A stretch of DNA of 64,000 nucleotides, from the NCBI GenBank assembly GCA_951406725.2, contig OX597819.1, forward strand, positions 103,850,001-103,914,000. The letters run 5' to 3'. Positions within the stretch are counted from its first letter, which is position 1. Each line of letters starts with the position of its first letter. Source of the DNA: Octopus vulgaris (taxonomy: Eukaryota). This document shows, piece by piece, positions 30,451-45,591 of this stretch. The translations under genes and the position numbers were made by a program. The notes beneath the pieces are model-generated. The model made no database searches. It saw only the letters and a list, made by a program, of their open reading frames with translations, and had not been told where the DNA came from.

Positions 30451-31256
30451 TGACGGACAGAGAGACAGACAGAGAGAAATAGCATTTTTGTTTGGAAATG
30501 AAATTAACAGGTAGATGAAAATCGCAAAGTAGATTTTGTATCATTCTGTATGAGTCAAACACAATGTTTATACACATAAATACATACGTATCGTATATAT
30601 GATATATACTTACATATACATAATACATATATACGCATATATGTACAAGTTTATATATATATAGTATATATATGTGTATCTGTGTGTGTACGTGTGTATG
30701 TATGTATGCATGTATGTACGTATGTATATGTACGTACACATATACGCATTCATAGCCTCATACACACCTATACCGTTAAACACACTCAACTGTCAAAGTC
30801 TGGTTACTTCTCAACACACACACACATACACACACACACACAAACATATACATTTACATATTCACACGCGGAACCATCACCGTGGGCATAATCATCATCA
30901 ACAATAACAATAACCAGAACAACAGAAATACCACCAATAACAATAACGGGAACTGCTGGTGCTGCTGCTGCTACTACTACTACTACTACCACTACCACTA
31001 CCACTACGACAATATCTTCAACATTTAGAAGCAGTACATTTCAATAAAATCTAATTAGATACTGTTACAGTTTAATACAATGTTAAATCTTCTTTTTGGA
31101 AATTAATGGTATTTTCTCACGTTGCTTATTGCTAAGAACGCTGCAGACGTTTTGCAGACGTGTGCAAACTGGCTGCAAAACATCATGCCAGATCGTCATT
31201 AATATCTTACAGTGTTCCTTTGTGTGTATGTATATCTGAGAATCTATACGTGTATG

Positions 31257-31352
<96 letters not shown>

Positions 31353-31450
31353 ATATATATATATAGAGAGAGAGAGAGAGATAGATGGATAGATAAATAG
31401 ATACACACAATTATATCTAATATAGAAAGACACATACACAAACACTCCCA

Positions 31451-31486
<36 letters not shown>

Positions 31487-31715
31487 TACACACAGATAAA
31501 CACACACACACACGCATACACACAGATAAACACACACTCATATATATATATATATATATACATGCATATATGTGTATGCATGAGAGACAGTGTGTGTGTG
31601 TGTGTGTGTGTGTTTTGCGTGTGAGAGACAGTGTTTGTGTATTATGTATGTGTGTATACATATATGTATGTATGTATGTATGTATTCATGTATGTATGTA
31701 TGTATGTGTGTATAC

Positions 31716-31748
<33 letters not shown>

Positions 31749-32220
31749 TGTATGCATGTATGTATGTGTACATGAAGGAAGAGAAATGTCTTATTTTGTC
31801 TTCGCACACATCCCCCACTCCACTCTGCAACCATATCCACACACCATCACCACCATCAATCAGCACTTCACACAAATTATGACTACAACGAAGGCCATTA
31901 TTCTGAAGACCGGATTTCAAGTGATTAAAACTCACTTTTCTTAATTTCTTAAACTTACTTGCAATCGCTTTGATATATGATTTTTGTCTTAGCTGACAAT
32001 ACCGTACACCATACAATAGTAACAAGGTAAATGTTCTCTCGCTGGTACTGAGATGCCACGGTTTGGTTTCAATTATCTTTCGACGCCATCATTCTTCTTT
32101 TATTTCAGCCTCTTCAGATCACTAGTAGTACTTAAAGGAAAATCCGTTGTACCACAAATTCTGTTTTCTCTCTCTGTCACTCTCTCTGTATATACACATA
32201 CACATATATCTATCTATAGA

Positions 32221-32268
<48 letters not shown>

Positions 32269-32519
32269 GACACATAAACAGATATATATAGACAAATATA
32301 TATATATAAATTAAAGAAAATAAAGTAAATTTCGAATATGGGATAGCTATGAAAACAGCCTGGAAAATTGGGTAAATACCCATAGAATACGGGTAAATAC
32401 CTGCTAGCAGGTGGCTAGAGAAGATCGAACCCTGTAACACTCAGATACCGATTGTGCTTTCTGTAACACTAAGCTAAGCTGTCCCTGTTAATAAAAATAC
32501 GTTCTCATATCTATCTATC

Positions 32520-32553
<34 letters not shown>

Positions 32554-32878
32554 TGCATGTATGTATGTATGTATACATGTGTGTGTGTGTTTGGCATGTC
32601 GCTTGTGTCCGTAGATTTAAGCCGCTGGCCAATGGCATAAACCTACGTAACAGAGTTTATTTAACGTGATACCTCTTATTATGTCACCCGATGAGACGCT
32701 TTTGCGCGAGAGATGCACGACAACTAGTTGTATATTTTCCAACCCGCGAGTGATTGATGCACGATGTGTCGAAACGATCGCTGTGTGCAATAGTTTCCCG
32801 TGTATTCCATTTTCTGCCTCTATCATTTGTTTTATATGCTCATATACATATATATATATATATGTGTGTGTGTGGAAG

Positions 32879-32934
<56 letters not shown>

Positions 32935-33837
32935 TACGTATGCATATGTCAGTAGGTATACACGCACGCACACACACACACACACACACATACACATAGA
33001 ATCAAATTTTAAGACAGTACGATCTGATATTAAGAAAATTTGGTCGCTATTTGTAGCAACTTAGGCGATCACTTAACAGTTTCTTTGCGTCTGGAGAACA
33101 AAAAGATATATGAAAAATAGGTGGTCAGATACAATTTGCAGAAAGACTTTGAATTAGCATGGATGAAGGCAATTTTATACAAGTACAACACCAACTTTCT
33201 GAAACATTTGTTTCCAAAGCCATTCTGCATCTCTGATTTTTCAAACCACGTAAGGTCACACACGCTCTTTATTAAATATCAAAGCTACTTAGATATTGAA
33301 ATTATTGTATAACTTTATAAGCTAATTGATGTATTCTGCAAGACAGTAGATAGCAATAAACTAGTCTGGCCCCGTGTGAATTTGAATTTGCAACCCGAAT
33401 ATAAGTTTAGATTTCGAATTATCAGTGTTGGAATGTCGGTGAAGTACATTTCTTGATATATTGTCAAACAAAGCGGGTGGTTACAGAATAAAGCATGTCG
33501 TTGTTGTTGTTGTTGTAGTTTCTGTTATTACTGATGTTGTCATTGTTCGTATTGTCGCTGTTTTTCTCTGATTTTTGTGCAAAACATTACGAAAATGTAT
33601 TTCCAAACCTTGACCAGCTCATCTTTTTAAGCATGCAGAAGACTACATTATCTAATCTGGGTTCTTTTCAAATAATAGGGGCGCGATTTAAGAATGTGTT
33701 GCTGTTATTTCTAGTAGAACAAAAAACCTCATACAGATACCTTCGTTTGTTCACAATCAAACCAGATGGATTGAGGAAGGAAGTTAGAAGGATACGGAAT
33801 GTCATAACGGAAAGGATAAACCTGGAATAATGAGAAG

Positions 33838-33915
<78 letters not shown>

Positions 33916-33960
33916 GCATGTATACACACACACAAATACGAACACGCACAGACACACAAA

Positions 33961-34020
<60 letters not shown>

Positions 34021-34058
34021 CATACATACATACATACATACATACATACATACATACA

Positions 34059-34090
<32 letters not shown>

Positions 34091-34729
34091 GGCGTGAAAG
34101 ACAGGCAATATTAGTGAGAGAAATCGGTTTTTAGTGAGAACAAAAAACATATGGCTTGTATTGAAATTGGCAATTTTCTGAAGGAAATGAAAGAATAAAT
34201 AAGTATAGAAATATAAGATAAATAAATAAATAAATGGCGTACCAAGAAAACAAGACACCGTCACAACAACAACACCACTACACAACCAACATCACACCAC
34301 GCTACAACTACGCACCTCACCACAATGAAAACAAATATCTACTTAGACCAAGCATCGACGTGGCCAAAACTTTTTGAGGCAAGAAGCTTTTGAAGAGAGA
34401 AAGAGGAAGAGAGAAGCTACCAAAAATAGTTTTGCTAAATGGACTTTATCCAATCATAACGATTCTTGGAGGGAACACACAATAGGCAGTTTGAAGAAAG
34501 CAGACTGGAATTATTGGTAACAATCTTGCCAGCAAATTAAATAGCAATAATGCTGGGTCCAGGATGAAGATCATCAATTTTAACATTTAATGAGCTTTTC
34601 TATTCGAACTAGTCTATAATTTTCCTGACACTGTCCACCGAATGAAGAATAAAAACTAGAAAAGAGACAGAGATAGATAGACAGAGAGAAATAAAGAAGA
34701 GCATATACATATATATATATGTATATATA

Positions 34730-34760
<31 letters not shown>

Positions 34761-34873
34761 TTATATTTATGTTTACATGTGTATGTCTATATATGTCTCT
34801 CTCTTTCTCTCTCTCACTCTGTATATATATATATACACACACACACACATATATATATATATGTATATATATG

Positions 34874-34984
<111 letters not shown>

Positions 34985-35080
34985 ATGAAGCGAAATAGAG
35001 ATTTAGATGCGTAAGAATGTGAAACAGAGCATGCGTATATATGTGTAGTAGTGTATGTGTACTTTAATGTGTACGTTTGA

Positions 35081-35081
<1 letters not shown>

Positions 35082-35144
<63 letters not shown>

Positions 35145-35146
35145 AA
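35082..35146. repeat. (GAAA)n tetranucleotide microsatellite
   Basis: Seen directly. Confidence 0.9.
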
Positions 35147-35864
35147 CTAGGTGCCAGAGTGAAAGAGAGGCGGAGCCTGCAGGAAAACTAGGTAATCAGA
35201 AGTGGAAAGAAACAGAGGAAATGCAATAAAAAGATTTCGCATGGAAAGGGGAGACAACTTGCTTATTTATACCCGCAAATCTATTTGTGAGAAATGATAT
35301 GGTCGATGTTGTTCCAGTGAGGTTTGATTGCCTGTAATTTCTCTCTCCAATAAAAGTTTCTAGATAATCTATCGATTACTGGTGCGGACGCAGTAAGGTC
35401 TTTAAATAAAGATTTTAACTGTGTAAATGTTTTCTTCCTGTCCTGACAACAATGTAGATTGAAAGAAATTATTTAGCCCTGCAGTTCTACTTATGGTTAA
35501 AGAAACAGTATCATTTATCAGATCTGTCAACTTTTCTAGTAATATGTTGTTAGTGTGGCACAGCTGGTAATGTAACAAAGATGGGACCAAGAGTAGTATG
35601 GTTCATCTGAGTCTACAGCTACACTATGTAATGCAAATATATCTCAGTTGGTAAAGCAGCAAAGACTGGGAAAATATAGAATATGTGGGTCTATAGCTAT
35701 ACTATTTGATGTAGGTAAAACTTCTGAGTTTATAGATATACTATAGGATGTTAATATATGTTGTCTAGTAAAGTAGCAAAGACTGGATTGTTATATCCAA
35801 TAAGATAATATTACATTTGTCTCTTCCAACAGCGAAAAAATTTCCACGAGCACTATTCATATAT

Positions 35865-36235
35865 AGGCGTAGGAGTGGCTGTGTGGTAAGTAGCTTGCTT
35901 GCGAATCACATGGTCCCGGGTTCAGTCTCACTGCGTGACAAGTGTCTTCTACTATAGCCTCGGGCCGACCAAAGCCTTGTGAGTGGATTTGATAGACGGA
36001 AACTGAAAGAAGCCCGTCGTATATATGTATGCATATAGATCTATTTGTGTGTATATGTTTGTGTGTCTGTGTTTGTCCCCCAACATCGCTTGACAACCGA
36101 TGTTGGTGTGTTAACGTCCCGTAACTTAGCGGTTCGGCAAAAGAGACCGATAGAATAAGTACTAGGCTTACAAAGAGTAAGTCCTGGGATCAATTTGCTC
36201 GACTAAAGGTGAAACAAGTAAAAGAGTAAAGAGAG
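35865..36235 (+). mobile_element. tRNA-derived SINE family 1, near full length
   Basis: A/B boxes, central microsatellite, gtaaaagag tandem tail. Confidence 0.85.
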
Positions 36236-37516
36236 TAATATAGCATAGCGATAGAATCCCACCTTTGAACATGGACAGCAAGTAAATTTATCACTCTAGG
36301 TAGCTTTAAATGCTCGGCTCGTTATCTATGAGAATTTCTCATGGCAAGCGCAGGCCCTTAATGTAACCAAGAGCATATTTCAAAGGGTGTCATTTTCCTT
36401 CAGAGCAAGTGAATACTTCAATCCTCAACGATTACTGATCGCCTTTAAGGCTCAGGTTACTGTCCCACAATAGAGTACAGTTCCAACATATACGTAGAAC
36501 GGTGCTCCTGCTATACACATATATTTTCTATAGAGCTTACAACGAAAAGCTACCGGGTTAATTGGTAAAGACTGCCAACACATACACTCGCTGCTCCACC
36601 AGACAGATATATCGTCTCTTCCCTCTTCTTTTCTACCAATTTTTTCTAGAAGCTAAGTAGTTTTGTGCCATTTCCTTGTGGTCACTACTGAGACACCCGA
36701 CTCCCTTTCTCTTTTCAATACGTTGTATTCAACAACCTAAGCCCAATTACTTTTCCTTTTAACGTTGACCTACTGGATTTTTCTCCATGATCAGGTCTTC
36801 CCTTAAATCATTGACTTGTAGAAGGAACAAAATAGGCAAACATAAGAAATAGTGCGTTCGTGTTCTATTTGATATAGTGTGTTGTTGAGAGGCTCTTTCA
36901 ACCAATGGGGTGGCAACCTTTTGAATGAAGTGTATGATATTTGTCTGTGAACCGGCTATAGTACCGTTACACATATGTCAGTGGGATTTTAGTGGAGTTT
37001 TCTTACACAAAACTCCATAATGGTGCAAAAACTGATGACGCCTTATGCATTTTGTAAAGCTTAAAACTCATATAATTCATGTCAGATGAATTCTATGTTT
37101 GTAAATATATTTTGCTAATGACGTGAGGGAACTTACCACAACATTACGTAGATTTGTATCGTAATTAAAGATATCATATACCATCATTGAATGATGTTGC
37201 TGAGCTCTTGGTTGATGGATGCAGTGCAAGGCGGCTGGTGTGAGATAGCTGGGTTTATATACATGAATACTAATGTTAAGGTGTGAAGTTGTCATCAACT
37301 GCATAGAGGTGTATATGTTTTCGGAGTGAAAGCATGTATGTTGTTAATTTACGAAAATAAGCATGTATAATGTATAACCGAACTTTTGGAAATGTCTTAG
37401 TTGACAGACTATGGATCAGGGACCTCAGCAAAAGTTTTGTTGAGCAGAAACCTTTTGATGATAGCTAACAATTATCAACAACTACGCTGTCAGCAATTGA
37501 ACAACGGTAAAGAATA

Positions 37517-38373
37517 CGTGATCTAATCAATAAGTATCCGGACTGTTGCCATAGTAACGAAGCTAAAGTAGGCTAAGTGAAACCGTGTGACACAGACTGA
37601 CTTTGAACTTTGTTGCGTATACGTACTAAGTTTTAACATTCTAGCTCACTTCTGCTGTTTACAACATTGCTTGGACGGATGAGCAGTGTGTGATCGTCGC
37701 ATTGGCTATGACAGAGGAAGATGAACAGAGAATCTGCATCAAATTTTGTCAAAATTTTGCTCAGAGGTATACGCAAAATTTTGACAAAGAATTTTTAACG
37801 TTCTCAACACAATCAAGGAGATCTTATACAACTGAAACTCGAGTGTCACTTTGGTCAGCAGACACGTTTCTCATACTTAAATCTTTAGTGATAGTGAAAT
37901 GAAGTGAGCCGCAACTAATCTTCACATCCTCTGATAACTCACAAATGGTGATTCGACGATTTCCCCTCACAGTTGCACACGCACATGCGATGTTTTTTTC
38001 CAGTTCTGCTGGTTGTTTGTCTCCCAGAACGTTCGTCAACATTGCCATTTTTCAGCCATCTTGGAAACGTTTTAAAAGCTCGTACTCTAGTATGTGGCTC
38101 ATACACTCCTCTTCATACTCTTTCTGCAACTATGGGTAGGCCTGTAAGCAGGCATCACCATGACAACTTTCTATGTCATGGTCAATGCAACGAACACACG
38201 CTACACACCTTCTTTTCAAACACTGCTATAAACAGCGAAAGTGCGCTAAAACGTTAAAGCCTAATTCGCCTGCATAGGAGAGTTCAAGGTCAATCTGTCC
38301 GAAGCGACTTTACTCTGCGTACCTTAGCTTTGTTACTATAGCAACAGTCCGGATACTCGTTCGTCAGACTCTA
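37517..38373. mobile_element. Non-autonomous mariner derivative made of two inverted 5' ends
   Basis: Ends gtatccggactgttgc / gcaacagtccggatac; EQRICIKFC on +; minus ORF 37824..38048 (VRGNRRITICELSEDVKISCGSLHFTITKDLSMRNVSA) is the mariner HTH region. Confidence 0.85.
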
Positions 38374-39269
38374 TAAGTAATTACGTTTAAATCATTACTA
38401 TAATCCATGATGAGGGGGGAAATGAAACCATGAAGGTGATATTAACAGCTACACTACAAGTTGGGGAGAAAGATCGGTAGTTAATAGATTGGGAGATGTA
38501 GATCTAAATGAAAATGAAATATTTTGTAACATGTTTTTAAACATTTAGTATGTATTTCTGTTTAATACGATCTTCATAGACTACAGACATAAGAACAGGT
38601 AAATAATTTGCGCGTGTGTAGTGGTTAAGGCGCCATTAGTGAAGCGCGGAAAGGAGTCTCTGATCAGTTAATTAAATAAAATGTATGTTATGATGGGAAG
38701 AAGATTTCGCTGGTATTTCCAGCAGACAGAGCTACGTTACAGAGATTTTCTCGTTGGCTTCATTTTATTGAATGCTGTGAGGATAGGAAAGCTGAAAGGT
38801 CTTCGCATAGTGGAAACAGACTCAGCTGGAATGATGCAAATAGAACAACTTAGATAAGAAATTTTGAATAAAAGGATTCGGAAAAGTCAATCGATGCTCT
38901 TTTTACTGAAGATCAATAGGATTTTCTATCAGTTGGGATGTGGGGTGACGAGAATGGATATGTTCATTTACTGATAAAAATCTACTAATCCGAGATAATT
39001 AGTTCTGAATTATAATAGTTGTAAGTAAACCACTTGGTGCGTTGTGGAGTGATCATGGACTTTAGTTGTGGGAGATTTATGAAGAGACCGAAGATCATTT
39101 TTCAGTTACTCGCTTACTCTCTCTTATTCGGATCTTATATAAGGCACATTTGCTGGCAATTATAATTGCTGTGAAACTTATGGGACTCCAAGCACTTGGA
39201 TATATTGAAGTAACCAAGGGCTCATATGATGTCAGCTCTATGGCATATTTGTATCAATTCATGGTGTTT

Positions 39270-39308
<39 letters not shown>

Positions 39309-39350
39309 TTTCACTGTCCTCTCTCTTTCTCCCTCTCTCTCTCTTTCGCT

Positions 39351-39387
<37 letters not shown>

Positions 39388-39404
39388 TTGCCTCTTGGTG
39401 TGTG

Positions 39405-39765
39405 TATTGTTTTACTTATTTCAGTCTTTGAACTGTGGCCACGACCAGGCATCTCCTTGAAGAGTTAAATGCCCCACCCCTCCAGTATTTAATTTTCTTA
39501 AGCCTGATACTTATTCCATCAGTCTCATTTGCCGAAGATATAAAGAAACCACAACCATTGTCAAGTGCTGGTGGGGTGATAGAGGAAACAAACATAAATA
39601 CAAAGACACACTTACATAGATAAATATATATATTTGTATACAACACTATTCATGCCATCTGGGGCTACAGTAAAAGACATTTGCCAAGGTGCCATGCAGT
39701 AGGAGTGAATCTGGAAACAAGTGGTTAAAAGGCAGACTTTTTACTGCATAACAATGCCTGCGCCT
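39405..39765 (-). mobile_element. Degenerate SINE family 1
   Basis: Reverse-strand similarity to family 1 head and tail. Confidence 0.65.
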
Positions 39766-39818
39766 ATATATATATACATACACATATATATATATCAATA
39801 TATATACATATATATATG

Positions 39819-39920
<102 letters not shown>

Positions 39921-39966
39921 TATATATATATATGTTTCTTTACTACCCACAAGGGGCTAAACACAG

Positions 39967-40014
<48 letters not shown>

Positions 40015-40415
40015 GATATATATATATATCGTAGTAATTTACTCTATCATTTAATTGCCATGTGAATAATATGTAATATTCATAATCGATTCTCTAAAAA
40101 TCATACTTAGAAAAAGCAACGTGATGCAGTTCCAATATAGCTAAAACAATGCGAAGTTACAATTATACAGTTTTCTTGTAATGAACTAAGGAGTTTAAAG
40201 AAGTTGTGCGGTATTGCTTCATCCAAACAAATCTGAGATAACCGTTATTTTCTATCACACCCTGTTGGTTTAATGTTATGATTATCTCTTTTAGATATCA
40301 AAATATGTTGGTAGCTATATATCTCGCAATGAATGGAAGAAGTATGTTGTGCAAACTGCATGGAGATTTAATAAAAGCTTGTATGAATGCTTGTATCAAC
40401 GAATTTATACATATG

Positions 40416-40465
<50 letters not shown>

Positions 40466-40484
40466 TATAGATATATATAGATAT

Positions 40485-40530
<46 letters not shown>

Positions 40531-40552
40531 GTATATATAGATATAGATATAT

Positions 40553-40615
<63 letters not shown>

Positions 40616-41235
40616 CATATGTATATGCATACTTACGTACATATATAAATATATATGTGTGTGTGTGTGTTTCTAAGGTTGTATGCATATATTTCTCTGC
40701 TTTTCCGTATATGCACTAATCTGTGTATGTATATGTTTACATGTCTGTGTACAAGTATATGTATGTCTGAATGTCCGTAACGTGTGTGTGTGGTGTATGT
40801 TTGAGTGAAATACAAAGATAAGGAGATATGCCTAGTGTCTTCAGATTTATTATTCTTAATAACCATCTTGTGTTTGGGGAATTAAGATATGAAGTGAAAG
40901 CAGTATTTCAGATGTTCGGCACATGCACTCGGTTTATCTTAAAAGCTATCCACCTCCTATCTGTTAGAAACAATACCAGAGATGTTACGTCTTGAGGGGG
41001 AAAAAAGCCCGTATAATACATTACATTTCATTTCATTTGCATTAGTGACGAATACTGGCGTGAAAATTATATTAGATTTGAACGGGTATGAAATGGAGAT
41101 GGTGTGTCCTCTATATTTAATGAGAGGAGTGTTGCTGTGTCCAGTTGTGTGTGTAGGTGTGTATGGGTGAATGAGCGTGCGTGTGAGCGAATGTATGTAT
41201 ACATACATATACATGCATATATATGTATATATATG

Positions 41236-41281
<46 letters not shown>

Positions 41282-41316
41282 AAGAAAGAAAGAAAGAGAG
41301 ATAGAAAGATAGATAT

Positions 41317-41355
<39 letters not shown>

Positions 41356-41359
41356 TACA

Positions 41360-41412
<53 letters not shown>

Positions 41413-42265
41413 AGTATACAAACGTATAATCTATAAATGTATATACATATAGAGTGAGAGAGAAAGACAGAGGCAGATTGAGGAAGAAAAAGATAGAGAG
41501 AGAAAGAGAGATAGTTAGGTCAGAACAGCATGTATATGGGGGGGGTATGGGGATGCTATACATCCTTTATTATGTTATGTACATGTTAGTACCGGCCGTA
41601 CATGTTCGCATGTTTAATGTTAGTAGTGATGGTGCTAAAAGTGGTCGAGGTAGTGATTTGGTGGCGGTGGGGGGAGAAGTGGTATTGAGTGTGGGTTATG
41701 GGTGTTGATGGAGGATAGTGGCATGGGAACGAATAAGAGTATAACTAATTGCGATAGATAGAGTCTAATAATCTATTCCACCGAAGATCTGATAAGGACA
41801 TCTGTGTTTCGATATATATCTCCCTTTTTTCGTTGGCATTCTATGAAAACACATTCGATTTTTTTATATATTATTGCGCATCCAGTTGATAAACGCGCGT
41901 GCGCGCACACACACGCACACACAAACACACATGCACACACAAACACACACATATATATACATGTGCGTGTGTGTGTTCGTGCATGTGTGTGTGCGTGTGT
42001 ATACAGTTGTCACTAAAGTGAAGGAGGGTACTCGTAGACACTAGTATTGCTAGAAATAAGGATCAAAAGGACACTTAGACACGTAAGAACACATTTCTAA
42101 TGGGTGACAAGGGAGAAAAGTGTTCTCACGTGGATAAGAGATGTTTTGAGTCAATTTTATAGCAATGCTGTTGCCCGATAGCACCCTCCATTAGTTTAGT
42201 GACAACTGCACTTGTTGCATATTGGTTCTAAATTGTGAATAACCACCTTAGTAAGAATATATATA

Positions 42266-42973
42266 CAGGGTGATTGGAAAGTAACTCCCTATTGTAAAAT
42301 GCTTATAATTTATTTATTAACTATAATTTTTTTCTCAAATTTGTTGTGTATGGGAATTGATTACATGTTGTATTTTTTCAGATTGTTTATTTTGTTCGCA
42401 ATTTAGAAGCCCTACAAACATGGCTGGATGTTTTACTGTGCAGGAGTGTGCTCAGCTAGCTGCACATTACGAAGTTTATAGATCAGTTGTTCAAGTGCAA
42501 GGACCATTAGAGGAAGACATGCTCAAGTTTATGCAAAGATAATCAAGAATTGCCATGCAAAATTCATGACTACAGGATTTGTAGCTGATACTTGAAGTGG
42601 TCATCCTTCCAAGTCGTCAAGGTCCGCATGACTGGCTGACCAGAAGCCCTGATTTAACACCCTGCGACTGTTTTTTTCTTGTGGTTTTCTTTTGTTGGTT
42701 AAAGGAGGAAGTCTTCTCTACCAAAACAATGACTTTGGAAGCACTTGAAGGATGAATACGAGAAGTTATGTCTTTCATTCCACAAGATTTCCGTATGAAA
42801 TCAGTTGATGTGGTTCCCAGGCGGCTTCAGAAGTTGGTGGTAAATGCTGATGCCTATATCAAATTTTAAATAAAATTCCATGCTATACACTTTCTTTACA
42901 TATTGGTTTTTTTCTAAATATTATAGTTAATAAATAAATTATAAGTATTTTAAAATAGGGAGTTACTTCAAAC

Positions 42974-42977
<4 letters not shown>
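42266..42977 (+). mobile_element. Tc1/mariner-superfamily internal-deletion derivative
   Basis: TA|CAGGGTG start; ~60 bp TIRs (agtaactccctatt...ttataatttatttattaactataat); remnants MAGCFTVQECAQLAAHYEV and PDLTPCD. Confidence 0.8.
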
Positions 42978-43027
<50 letters not shown>

Positions 43028-43203
43028 AAATTGAGGTAATCAGATCAGATGGTTCATATTTGTAGATATTTATTTATATATTACATTTATATATATCATA
43101 TCATTGGATTAGTTTCCCATTCTAGTGGGTTTCAACAACAGTTGTGGTAGTTTGAACCTTTTTAGTGAGAGGGGTGAGGAGAAGTGAGACAGAGAGAAAA
43201 TAT

Positions 43204-43267
<64 letters not shown>

Positions 43268-43803
43268 CTTTTATCTGAGAGTGAAGAAGTGTTATTTCAC
43301 CTGTTTATAAGAACTTTGGCTGTCCATTTCAATGTCAGAGTGTGTGTGTGCAGTCCTGGCATGTCATTTGGGGTCACACTTTCTATGATCATTCTGTGGA
43401 GGTGTGTGTGTGTGTCTCTGTGTGTCTGTGTGTTTTGTGTGTGTGTGTGTGTGTGGTGTGTGTGTGTCTGTGTGTTTGGAGAAGGAGAGAGACAAAAGAG
43501 AAAAGGGAAAATAAAAATAATAATAATAAAAATAAAAATTAAAAATTAAAAATAAAAAATAAAATAAAATAAAAACAAAAATAAAAAATAAAATAAAAAT
43601 ATAAAGAATAAATAAAATATAAAGAATAAAATAAAAATAAAATAAAAAAAATAAAATAAGGGAAAAATAATTTTTTTTATTTTTTAATTTTAATTTTTAT
43701 TTTTATTATTATTATTTTTATTTTCCCTTTCTCTTTTTGTCTCTCTCTTCTCCAAACACACAGACACACACACACACATTACTTTCAGTGACAAAATGGA
43801 CAG

Positions 43804-43859
<56 letters not shown>

Positions 43860-43951
43860 TATATATATGTATAATATATAAATAAATATCTACAAATGGA
43901 AAAAAATATATATACCTGTACAACTCCAAACCTTCCGAATGGGATTAAAAT

Positions 43952-44037
43952 CTCGGTACAATTGTTTCGTACGAGGACATCTTTAATAAGCTACAATAAA
44001 TGCAGTAAATACAGATGGCTCGTACTCGTCAGCCGAA
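43952..44037 (-). ncRNA. Type I hammerhead ribozyme in the 3' region of a Penelope-like element
   Basis: ttcgg-CTGACGA-gtacgag...ctcgtac-GAAAC-aatt-GTA-ccgag: intact core, 7-bp stem II, palindromic stem III, stem I ttcgg/ccgag. Confidence 0.85.
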
Positions 44038-44104
44038 AAAACATCAGAGAATTCCCAAACATCAAAAGGGGTAGATACAAAAGAGGGTGTAAGATTAACT
44101 GAAT

Positions 44105-44563
44105 TGAAGAAAGTTCGATTCCTGGAGATCCGATGAAAGGTCTTAAACTTACAGAATTTGTGCATGTCTATATATAGCTCATATTGAATTGCTAATCAAG
44201 TTATGTGAAGAAATTTCGGATACAGTCATGCGAAATTTCTGAAAATCCGAGTAAGAAGCAAAGTGACTGTCATATCGTGTAGAGGAAAATCTGAGTAAGA
44301 AGCAAAGTGACTGTCATGTCGTGTAGAGGAACAGATTGTTATTGAAATTTACAAGAATCGCAGATAAGTTCGATTCTTGGAGATCCGATAAAAAGTCTTG
44401 AACTTACAGAATATGTGCATGTCCCTATAGTTCATAATCCAGTTACGTGAAGAAATTTTAGGTACAATCATGCGAAAATATCAGGGAATCCGAATGAGAA
44501 GCAAAATGACAGTCTTATTCTGTAGAGGGGCAGATTGTTATTGAAATTTACAAGAATCACAGA
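44105..44563. repeat. Degenerate ~255 bp tandem duplication with nested ~40 bp duplication in the PLE 3' region
   Basis: aagttcgattc(c/t)tggagatccgat at ~44111 and ~44366; gagtaagaagcaaagtgactgtcat twice at 44249-44330. Confidence 0.8.
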
Positions 44564-45591
44564 GGGAGGAGGAAGGAAGTAGAATTTAATCAGTTACTGC
44601 TATTAATGCTATCAAAGAGAAGGGAACGGGAAGCTAAGGGGATGGACACAAGTTGATACTATAAGAAAAATCTAAGCTATTTTGGTGCAAAATTCGAACT
44701 GAGGTCAACAATTTATTTCTTTATTTATAAATGTTACTATTAATAGATTGTCAGGTTACAATGAGAGGTCATTAGAAAGGAAAGAAAAAAGGGGTTGTTT
44801 TTTAATGAAACCAAACAATTGTATTATTATTATACTATATTATATTATATTATATTATAATACATTACAATAGGTTTGGGATTAGCAGAATTAATTATTA
44901 GTGTAAAAGAAACTAAGAGAATTTAATTAACTAATTTTTTATATATGGGTTAAAGTGAAATAGACTAAGAAATGGAGATAAAAATAGAGCAAAATTTAAA
45001 TTATTTATATAGTCTAATAGAAATAACTCAAATAATTTAAATCAATAAGTATTAAATAGTACAATTAAAGAGAATATAATCATAGCTAGTTAGATCGTAT
45101 CTGTCTAGTTAAATATATAATGTACTATGTAGGAGTAATATATAAATCAAAGTGATTTTATACAAAGTGATTTTAATATACAGTTATCAATTAAAATATT
45201 TAAGAGTCTTAGTTCGAGCGTGTATACAAGATTTTCCAAGTTCAATTCTGCTGTTTAATGAAATTTCTCTATTTTTTCTATACATTAGTATTTCAAATGT
45301 TTCCATGGAGCAAAGTTGACAACCTACTCTGCTATTTTTATAGGGTATTGCTCTTCTGACTAATTCCCAATTAAGGTTATATTTGATATTATTGTTTTTT
45401 AGTTCCCAAATTTTACTGGAAAGAGTGGTGCTATCAGCTTTATGACGTAATTTGAAGGAGGAAAGATGGTTATTCAATCTCTTTTTAAAATTTACAGTAC
45501 ATCCAACATAAGTGAATTTATTATTATCTGTGGTTATGGAGCATTTGTAGATCATGTTATTTAACCCGCATAAACCAGGTGCCGGGCATTT

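Noticed and set aside
44105-44563. Repeat-spacer or CRISPR-like array
   Set aside because: Only irregular tandem duplications within a eukaryotic retroelement; no constant repeat with unique spacers and no cas genes
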